Source: an uncultured Actinomycetota bacterium (lineage in GTDB: Bacteria; Actinomycetota; Actinomycetes; Propionibacteriales; Nocardioidaceae). From it: a stretch of DNA of 64,000 nt. The stretch is taken from NCBI GenBank assembly GCA_963772415.1, contig CAVYWU010000007.1, positions 142,716-206,715 on the forward strand. Reading direction: 5' to 3'. The notes under the pieces are model-generated. The model was not told where the DNA came from. It did not search any database and was given only the letters and a program-made list of their open reading frames with translations. Shown piece after piece: positions 55,145-64,000 of this stretch (the stretch's first letter is position 1; each line of letters opens with the position of its first letter). The position numbers and the translations under genes were made by a program.

Positions 55145-56563
55145 ATGGCTAGGACCCTGTCGGAGAAGGTGTGGGACGAGCATGTCGTCCGGGCAGCCGA
55201 AGGAGAGCCGGACCTGCTCTACGTCGACCTCCATCTCCTGCACGAGGTCACCTCGCCCCAGGCCTTCGAGGGTCTGCGGCTCGCCGGTCGCGGCGTACGG
55301 CGCCCGACCTGACGCTGGCCACCGAGGACCACAACGTGCCGACGCTCGACATCGACAAGCCGATCGCCGACCCGGTCTCGCGCACGCAGGTCGAGACGCT
55401 GCGCAGGAACGCCAAGGAGTTCGGCGTCCGGCTGCACCCGCTCGGTGACGTCGAGCAGGGGATCGTCCACGTCGTCGGCCCGCAGCTCGGCCTCACCCAG
55501 CCCGGCATGACGATCGTGTGCGGTGACTCGCACACCTCCACCCACGGCGCGTTCGGCGCGATCGCGTTCGGCATCGGCACCTCGGAGGTGGAGCACGTGC
55601 TGGCCACCCAGACGCTGCCGCAGGCGAAGCCGCGCACGATGGCCGTCACCGTCAACGGGTCGCTGCCCGCCGGCGTCACGGCCAAGGACCTGGTGCTGAC
55701 GCTGATCGCGCACACCGGCACCGGCGGCGGCCAGGGCTACATCGTGGAGTACCGGGGTCCGGCCATCGAGGAGCTGTCGATGGAGGCCCGGATGACGATC
55801 TGCAACATGTCGATCGAGTGGGGCGCCAAGGCCGGCTTGATCGCGCCCGACCAGACCACGTTGGACTACGTCCAGGGACGGCCCGAGGCGCCGACCGGAG
55901 CCGACTGGGACGCCGCCGTCGAGCACTGGCTCTCCTTGCGCACCGACGACGACGCCGTCTTCGACGAGGAGATCGTGCTCGACGCCTCGGGGATGACGCC
56001 CTTCGTGACGTGGGGGACGAACCCGGGCAAGGCGTCCCCTGGGCGCGAGCGTGCCGTCGCCGGCCGACTTCGACGACGAGGGCGACAAGATCGCCGCCGA
56101 GAAGGCCCTGCACTACATGGGTCTCGAGGCCGGCACCCCGATGCGGGACATCCGCGTCGACACCGTCTTCGTCGGGTCGTGCACCAATGGTCGGATCGAG
56201 GACCTGCGTGCCGCGGCCGAGGTGATCAAGGGGAGGGCGGTGGCCGCCGGCACCCGGCTGCTCGTCGTGCCCGGCTCGGTCCGGGTGCGGCTGCAGGCCG
56301 AGGACGAAGGTCTCGACGTGATCTTCAAGGAGGCCGGAGGAGAGTGGCGCGGGGCCGGCTGCTCGATGTGCCTGGGGATGAACCCCGACCAGCTCGCTCC
56401 CGAGGAGCGCAGCGCCTCCACCTCCAACCGCAACTTCGAGGGACGGCAGGGCAAGGGTGGCCGCACCCACCTCGTCTCCCCGCTCGTCGCCGCCGCCACC
56501 GCCGTCACCGGCACGCTCGCCTCGCCCGAGGACCTCCCTTCCCTGACCGCCGCAGGCGCCTGA
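55145..56563 (+). CDS. leuC: 3-isopropylmalate dehydratase large subunit, frameshifted
   Basis: [44 protein letters not shown]. Confidence 0.95.
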
Positions 56564-56593
56564 GCAGATCCCTGATCTGAGAAGGAGACCACC

Positions 56594-57181
56594 ATGGACA
56601 AGTTCACCCGCCACGCCGGCACAGGTCTTCCGTTGCGCCGCAGCAACGTCGACACCGACCAGATCATCCCGGCCGTCTACCTCAAGCGGGTGACGCGCAC
56701 CGGCTTCGAGGACGGGCTCTTCGGAGCCTGGCGCAACGATCCCGACTTCATCCTCAACCGCCAGGAGCACGCGGGTGCCACCGTGCTGGTCGCCGGTCCT
56801 GACTTCGGCACCGGCTCGTCGCGCGAGCATGCCGTGTGGGCGCTGATGGACTACGGCTTCAAGGTCGTGATCTCGAGCCGCTTCGCCGACATCTTCCGCG
56901 GCAACTCGGGCAAGGCCGGCCTGGTCGCCGCGCAGGTGACCCAGGACGTGGTCGAGCAGCTGTGGAAGCTGATCGAGACCGAGCCGACCACCGAGATCGT
57001 GGTCGACCTGCACGAGCGGACGATCCAGGCCGGTGCGCTGACGGCGCCCTTCCAGATCGACGACTACACGCGCTGGCGGCTGCTCGAGGGCCTCGACGAC
57101 ATCGGCATCACGCTGGGTCATGGCGAGGCGATCGATGCCTTCGAGACGACCCGGCCGTCCTGGAAGCCCGCCACTTTGTAG
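56594..57181 (+). CDS. leuD: 3-isopropylmalate dehydratase small subunit
   Basis: [19 protein letters not shown]. Confidence 0.96.
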   Translation: MDKFTRHAGTGLPLRRSNVDTDQIIPAVYLKRVTRTGFEDGLFGAWRNDPDFILNRQEHAGATVLVAGPDFGTGSSREHAVWALMDYGFKVVISSRFADIFRGNSGKAGLVAAQVTQDVVEQLWKLIETEPTTEIVVDLHERTIQAGALTAPFQIDDYTRWRLLEGLDDIGITLGHGEAIDAFETTRPSWKPATL

Positions 57182-57318
57182 CGCGAAATGCAGGTTTTCC
57201 CCGATAAACAAGGGAAAACGGGCGTGTGGTGATTGTTCCGGGCCCTCGTAGTGCCTAGCGTGCGTGTGAGAAGTCGGGCATGGTGCCCGACACCCCCCCG
57301 TTCACGAAAGGGAAGCCA

Positions 57319-57849
<531 letters not shown>

Positions 57850-57905
57850 CCCGACCGACCTCGACGGGCCGCCTCCGACCAGGAGGCGGCCGTCGTCGCG
57901 TCTGG

Positions 57906-58101
57906 TCAGGACAGGGTGAGGATCTGCACCGGCCGTGACGTCGCCGTCCGTGACCTCGAGCCGCACCCGCTGCCCGGGTCGCAGCAGCCGGAGCCCCGAG
58001 CCCTCCAGAGCGGCCGCGTCGAAGCCCAGCTCGACTCCGTCGTCGAGCAGTACGGCGCCGTCGCCGGAGGTGGCGTCGAAGCGGGAGACGGTGGCCTGCA
58101 T
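57906..58101 (-). CDS. Small OB-fold (cold-shock-like) protein, frameshift near the end
   Basis: MQATVSRFD..GAVLLDDG..LRLLRPGQRVRL. Confidence 0.7.
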
Positions 58102-58126
58102 GCGGCCGAGCCTAGAACAGGCGCAC

Positions 58127-58778
58127 CTACAACAGGTCGGCGGTGAGTCGGGAGGTGCGCGGCCCGATGCCCAGCCGCAACGCGGCGGCGAGGTCGTCGG
58201 GGGTGTCGACGTCGCGTCGGACGCTGTCGATGCCGGCGAGGTCGATCTCCTTGGCGCCCGTCGGCGAGGTGCTCGGCGCGGGAGCCCTGGCCGAAGGCCG
58301 GTCGGAAGCTTGCGAGCCCGTCGGCCGCGAGCAGCGTCGTACCCCTCTCGTCGGCGTCGGCGACGAAGGCCAGCCGGTCGTCGGCAGCGCTGCACGCAGT
58401 GCGCTGTCGAGCTCGGCCGGGCGCAGCGCCGGCAGGTCGGCGCAGAGAGCGACCGGTCGCAGCTCCGGGTCGTGCCGGGCCAGCTCGGCGGCGGCCTGGA
58501 CGAGGGTGTCGTTGAGGTCGTCGACGGTGCCGTCGGGGATCACCTCGGCACCGAGCTCGCGCAGTCCGGCCGCGAGCAGGTGGTCGTCGGTGACGGCGAG
58601 GACCAACGCGACGAGGTCGGCGGCAGAGCGCCGATTCGACGGTGTCCGCCGCGAACGCGGCGGCGAGGTCGCGACGGACCTGCGTCGCCCAGACGACCCA
58701 GCCGCGACTTGGCGAAGGCCGGTGGCTTCGCGGCACGATCACCCCGAAGGGTGCACGACGGGGCTCGGACGGAGGCAC
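58127..58778 (-). CDS. cofC: Phosphoenolpyruvate/2-phospho-L-lactate guanylyltransferase, frameshifted
   Basis: AKSRL, ADLPALRP, RRDVDTPDDL. Confidence 0.85.
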
Positions 58779-58893
58779 CCCGCGATCCTGCCACGCTACG
58801 CGCGGCGGCTCCGTGCAGCGGGGCCGCCGACGAGTAACCTCAGGCGATACCGTCGCCCGTGCACGAACAGACCCAGACACGCAGACGAGGAGA

Positions 58894-59701
58894 GTGCAGC
58901 GTTGACCTACCCCCGCAAGCTCCGGGAGCGGCGTGGTCTGGCGTTCGGCATCTGCGTGGCCCTGGTCGAGACCCCTGCTGCGCCTGCTGACCAAGCAGCG
59001 TTGGATCGACGGCGACCAAGGTCCCCGCCGACGGGCGGCTGCGTCGTCGCGAGCAACCACGTCTCCCACGTCGACCCGTTCACGTTCGCCCACTTCGTCT
59101 ACGGCCACGGCCGGGTGGTGCGCTTCCTGGCCAAGGCCGAGGTGTTCGAGCGTGCCGGTGGTCGGCGACCTCGTCCGCGCCACCGGGCAGATCCCGGTCT
59201 ACCGGTTGACCAGCTGACGCCTCGCAGGCGTTCACCGCCGCCGTCGACGCGGTGGGCGAGGGCGAGTGCGTGACGATCTACCCCGAGGGCACGATCACCC
59301 GCGAGCCCGACCTGTGGCCGATGACCGGCAGGACCGGCGCCGCCCGCATCGCGCTCGCCTCCGGCGCACCCGTGATCCCGGTCGCCCAGTGGGGACCGCA
59401 GCACATCCTGGCGCCGTACGCCAGGCGGCCGCGGCTTCTTCCCGCGACGCACCATGCGGCGTCAGGCCGGCGACCCCGTCGACCTCGACGACCTGCGCGG
59501 GCGCGAGCTGACCCCGGAGCTGCTGCGCGAGGCGACCGACCGGATCATGGACGCGATCACCCGCGTGCTCGAGGAGATCCGCGAGGCGAAGGCCCCGGAC
59601 GTCAGGTTCGACCCGACGCACCCGGCGTCAAGGAGATCGGCAACCCGCACGCCACCGATCGATCGAAGCGGCGCCCGCGCCGGACAGGAGGAAGCGCATG
59701 A
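58894..59701 (+). CDS. 1-acyl-sn-glycerol-3-phosphate acyltransferase, frameshifted
   Basis: SNHVSHVD, RFLAKAEVF, YPEGTITR. Confidence 0.88.
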
Positions 59702-60708
59702 CCAAGGTCGCGGTGTTCGGTGCGGGTTCGTGGGGTACGGCGTTCTCCGTCGTGCTCGCCGACGCGGGCAACGACGTGACGCTTGTGGGCACGTCGTGAG
59801 GAGCTCTGCTCGACGATCAACGACAAGCGCGAGAACACCGACTACCTCCCCGGCATCGAGCTGCCCGACGCGCTATCGGCGCGACCCACGACCCGGCCGA
59901 GACGCTCGACGGCGCCGAGCCGGGTCTTCGCCGTGACGCCGTCGCAGACCTTCCGCGAGAACCTCACCGACTGGGTCGACCTGATGCCGTCCGACGCGTT
60001 GCTGGTCTCGCTGATGAAGGGCGTCGAGCTCGGCACCCTCAAGCGGATGAGCGAGGTCATCGCGGAGGTCACCGGCGCAGGATCCCGAGCGGATCGGCGT
60101 CGTCAGCGGCCCCAACCTGGCGCAGCCGATCGCCCGCCGCGAGCCGGCCGCCAGCGTCGTGGCGGTGGAGGACGAGGAGCCAACGTCAAGCGGCTGCGCG
60201 CGATGTGCCACTCCGCGACCTTCCGGCCCTACTCCAGCACCGACGTGGTCGGCTGCGAGCTCGGCGGCGCCTACAAGAACGTCATCGGCCTCGCGGTCGG
60301 CATGGCGGTCGGTCTCGGCTTCGGCGACAACACCACCGCGTCGGTGATCACCCGCGGACTCGCCGAGACCGCTCGCCTCGCCTCGCAGTTCGGCGCCGAC
60401 CCGATGACCCTGATGGGGCTCGCCGGACTGGGCGACCTGGTGGCGACCTGCTCCTCACCGCTCTCGCGCAACCGCGTCCTTCGGGGAGAAGCTCGGCCAG
60501 GGGATGACGACCGAGGAGATCACCGCCTCGACCCGTCAGGTCGCCGAGGGCGTGAAGACCTGCGGCTCGCTGCGCGACCTGGCCCGCTCCGCCGACGTCT
60601 ACGCCCCGATCGTCGAGGCCGTGCACTGCGGTGGTCGAGGGGGAGATGACCGCCGCCGAGATGCTCACCGCGCTGATCTCCAAGGAAGCCAAGCACGAGC
60701 GCGACTGA
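59698..60708 (+). CDS. gpsA: NAD(P)H-dependent glycerol-3-phosphate dehydrogenase, frameshifted
   Basis: [32 protein letters not shown]. Confidence 0.92.
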
Positions 60709-60714
60709 GCGTCC

Positions 60715-61807
60715 TCAGCCCGGGACGACCAGGTCGTCGAGAGCCTGCGCCAGGTCGTCCCACAGGTCGTCGACGTCCTCGATGCCGACCGACATCCGCA
60801 CCAGCCCGTCCGGGATGGTGGCGGGCTCGGTCTTCCAGCGACGTCGCCGCTCGAAGGTCGACTCGACGCTGCCCAGCGACGGTGGCGTGCACCCACAGCG
60901 TGGTCTTGTGGGTCAGCAGGTCGGCCGCCATCGCCGCCCTCGGCCAGCACCACCGAGACGATCGCACCGAAGCCCGGGTAGCGGACCTCGCTCGACGGCC
61001 GGGTGCTCCCGAGCCGGCGGACCAGCTCGGCGGCGTTGGCCTGCGCGCGCTCGAGGCGCACGTGCAGCGTGCGCAGCCCGCGCAGCGCGAGCCAGGTCTC
61101 GAACGTGCCAGGCGTCGCGCCGACGATGTCGCGACGCTTCTTCAGCACGTCGTGGAGCTGGTCGTCGGCGGTGACGATCGCACCGAGGACGACGTCGCTG
61201 TGGCCGGCGATGAACTTCGTCGCGGAGTGCAGGACGAGGTCGGCGCCGAGCGAGAGCGGCTGCTGCAGCAGGGGAGTGGCGAAGGTGTTGTCCACCACGA
61301 CGTAGGCACCGGCCGCGTGGGCCGCCTCGACGATCGGCGGCAGGTCCACGACCTCGAGGGCCGGGTTGGTCGGCGACTCGATCCAGCACCAGGGCGGCGT
61401 CGTCGCAGGCCTTGACGAACGACTCGGTGTCGGGACGTCGACCAGCACCGCGTCGATCCGACCGCGGGCCTCGAGGTCGGCCATCTGCCCGATGCTGCCG
61501 AGGTAGGCGTGGGTGGGCGCCACCACCTTGCCGCCGTGCCCGACCAGGTCGAGCATCGTCGAGACAGCCGCCAGTCCCGACGCGAACGCCAGGCAGCGGC
61601 CGCCCTCGAGCGCACCGAGCGCGTCCTCGAAGGCCGACCACGTCGGGTTGCCGTAGCGGCCGTACTCCAGGTCGCCGCCCGCGACGTAGGTCGAGGCCAT
61701 CGTGATCGGGACGTTCAGCGGGTTGTCGGCCTCGTGCGGCGGGCGTCCCGGCGGTGACGGCCAGGGTGCGCAGGACGATAGGGGACTGCTTCACGCGGGT
61801 CGGACAT
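60715..61807 (-). CDS. Cystathionine gamma-synthase/lyase-family PLP enzyme, frameshifted
   Basis: [33 protein letters not shown]. Confidence 0.9.
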
Positions 61808-61860
61808 GCCTCCACCCTAGGCGAGCGCGCCCGCAGCCGCGCGGGTAGGGTCGATCCACC

Positions 61861-63027
61861 ATGACGACGCTCGAACCCGACCTGCAGGACGACCCGGCAG
61901 GCCCCCCGGACCCGCAAGCCGCGCATCGCGGTCGTCTTCGGCGGTCGGTCCAACGAGCACTCCGTCTCGTGCTCGACCGCCGGCAGCGTGCTTCCGCGCG
62001 ATCGACACCGACCGCTACGACGTGATCCCGGTCGGCATCACCCACGACGGCCGCTGGGTGCTGCGAGTCCGGCGACCCCGAGCGGCTCGCGATCACCACC
62101 GGCGACAAGCTGCCCGAGGTCGACCCGACCCGGGCGACGGTGACGCTGGCCGAGCGAGTCCGACGGCAGCGAGCTCGTCGTGCACGAGCCCAGCGCCGTG
62201 CCGCAGCACCCTCGGCGAGGTCGACGTGGTCTTCCCGCTGCTGCACGGCCCGTGGGGCGAGGACGGCACCATCCAGGGTCTGCTGGAGATGGCCGGGGTG
62301 CGCTACGTCGGTGCCGGCGTGCTCGCCTCGGCGGTCGGCATGGACAAGCACTACATGAAGATCGTCTTCCAGGCGCAGGGCCTGCCGGTGCTGCCCTACA
62401 CGGTGATGACCCCGCGGGCCTGGGAGACCGACCGGGCGGCCTGCCTCGAGTCGGTCGACTCCCTGGGCTACCCGGTCTTCGTCAAGCCCTGCCGGGGCGG
62501 CTCGAGCATCGGGATCAGCAAGGTCCACGACGCCAACGAGCTCGACGCGGCCGTCGAGGAGGCCCGCGTGCACGACCCCAAGGTGCTGGTGGAGACCGCG
62601 GCAGACGGCGGCCGCGAGATCGAGTGCGGCGTGATCGAGGGCTTCGGCACCAACCCGCCCGATGCCAGCGTGGTCGCCGAGATCGCGATCGGCGGCGAGC
62701 ACGAGTTCTACGACTTCGCGGCGAAGTACCTCCCCGAGGAGCACACCCGCCTCGACGTCCCGGCCGACCTGCCCGAGGCCGTGGCCGACCAGGTCCGTGC
62801 AGCTGTCCACGCAGGCCTTCGAGGCGCTCTCCTGCGAGGGCCTGGCACGCGTCGACTTCTTCCTGCTGCCCGACGAGCGGCTGGTCATCAACGAGATCAA
62901 CACCATGCCCGGCTTCACGCCGTCGTCGATGTTCCCGCGGATGTGGGCCGCGACTGGTCTGGACTACCCGGCCCTCGTCGACCGGCTGGTGCAGCTCGCG
63001 CTGCACCGCGACACCGGTCTGCGCTGA
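61861..63027 (+). CDS. ddl: D-alanine--D-alanine ligase, frameshifted
   Basis: [37 protein letters not shown]. Confidence 0.93.
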
Positions 63028-63056
63028 CCGCGGCTCGGGCTGGGCCATCCGCGACC

Positions 63057-63560
63057 TCAACCGCAGCGCTCGACGCGCTCGGTGTGCTCCTTGAGCGGAC
63101 CGGCGACGTCGACCATGGTGCCGGCGGGCGGGAAGTAGTCGGCCGGGATCGCGACCTCGACGCCCGGCTCGCGACCGATCGTCGTCATCACGATGTCCCC
63201 GGCCCGGCCGGTGATCTGCTCGTCGGGGATGAACCAGGCGACCCCGTTGGTGATCTGACAGCTGGAGAGCGCGTCGAAGTCGGTGGGCCGCGCGACGCCG
63301 CAGCGCAGCACGATGGCGGGGTCACCCCAGGCCGCGGCGTACGGCGACCTCCGACCTCGCGCCGCTCCTGGTCGCCGACGACGTCGGGCAGGGCCTGGAT
63401 CAACGAGGTGCACGCGGCCGCCTGGGCTCCCGGGTCGCTCGCGGCGACCTCCACCGGGCCGGTGCAGCCGGCGAGGAGGAGCGTCCCGAGAGCGCACGCG
63501 ACGGCGCCCGCGTTCCGGAGAACGGGGCGCCGTCGGGGCAGCGAGATGACCGGAGGTCAC
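63057..63560 (-). CDS. DUF3515-family lipoprotein, frameshifted
   Basis: AAAWGDPAIVLRCGV; position between ddl and the AsnC-domain gene. Confidence 0.75.
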   Translation of the reverse strand: MTSGHLAAPTAPRSPERGRRRVRSRDAPPRRLHRPGGGRRERPGSPGGRVHLVDPGPARRRRRPGAARGRRSPYAAAWGDPAIVLRCGVARPTDFDALSSCQITNGVAWFIPDEQITGRAGDIVMTTIGREPGVEVAIPADYFPPAGTMVDVAGPLKEHTERVERCG

Positions 63561-63567
63561 GACCTCG

Positions 63568-63804
63568 TCAGATGTGGACGACCGGGCAGGTCAGCGTGCG
63601 CGTGATGCCGGCGATGTTCTGCACCCTGGCGACCACGAGCTTGCCGAGCTCGTCGACGTTGCGGGCCTCCGCACGGACGATCACGTCGTAGGGGCCGGTG
63701 ACGTCCTCGGCCATCGTGACGCCCTTGACCTCGGCGATCTCGGAGGCGACCTCGGCGGCCTTGCCGACGTCGGTCTGGATCAAGATGTAGGCCTGAACCA
63801 CCAT
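63568..63804 (-). CDS. Stand-alone Lrp/AsnC ligand-binding domain
   Basis: MVVQAYILIQTDVGK..VTGPYDVIV..TRTLTCPV. Confidence 0.9.
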   Translation of the reverse strand: MVVQAYILIQTDVGKAAEVASEIAEVKGVTMAEDVTGPYDVIVRAEARNVDELGKLVVARVQNIAGITRTLTCPVVHI

Positions 63805-63920
63805 GCTGCACTCCTGGGGTCTCGAGGTCTGGACAAGTTCGGCGGCCAACCTATCGTGCGCGCTCGGCCAGGAACCCCTGCCGTAAGCAGGGCGGCGGCC
63901 CATCAGTTTGAATGGCGCGC

Positions 63921-64000
63921 ATGACCACCCCGGCGATCACCGCTTCCACCACCCTGGCCGACGTCGGCGAGTTCGGGTTGATCGCCGAGCTGGTCGCCCG
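63921..64000 (+). CDS. thiL: Thiamine-monophosphate kinase (5' end, runs off the window)
   Basis: TLADVGEFGLIAEL; conserved position divergent from the AsnC gene. Confidence 0.8.
   Translation, partial: MTTPAITASTTLADVGEFGLIAELVA

Overview
High-GC actinobacterial chromosome segment; gene content and order suggest Nocardioidaceae (inference). It is mostly core genome: hrcA-dnaJ-rsmE; the branched-chain amino acid region ilvD, ilvBNC, serA, leuB, ilvE, cimA and iclR-leuCD; gltX with tRNA-Gln and tRNA-Glu; and hupB-cofC-plsC-gpsA-ddl-thiL. Accessory genes are interspersed. Beyond about 30 kb many conserved genes, some essential, are frameshifted, most likely from long-read consensus errors. Separately, several loci show large deletions that look like real decay: a collapsed pca operon, a second partial rsmE, and PNPOx, Dyp, DmpA/amidase and MinD-like remnants. 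The most unusual non-coding signals are (1) a diverged 101-bp tandem array of tRNA-Glu-like units with a rewritten anticodon arm plus terminator, next to a small-membrane-protein/double PRC-barrel operon, and (2) an orphan Val-Leu-Ile leader peptide within a ~330-nt structured region in front of a 42-aa ORF and leuB. Also present are classical attenuators at ilvB and cimA and two families of dispersed palindromic repeats. No CRISPR array, integrase or transposase was seen.
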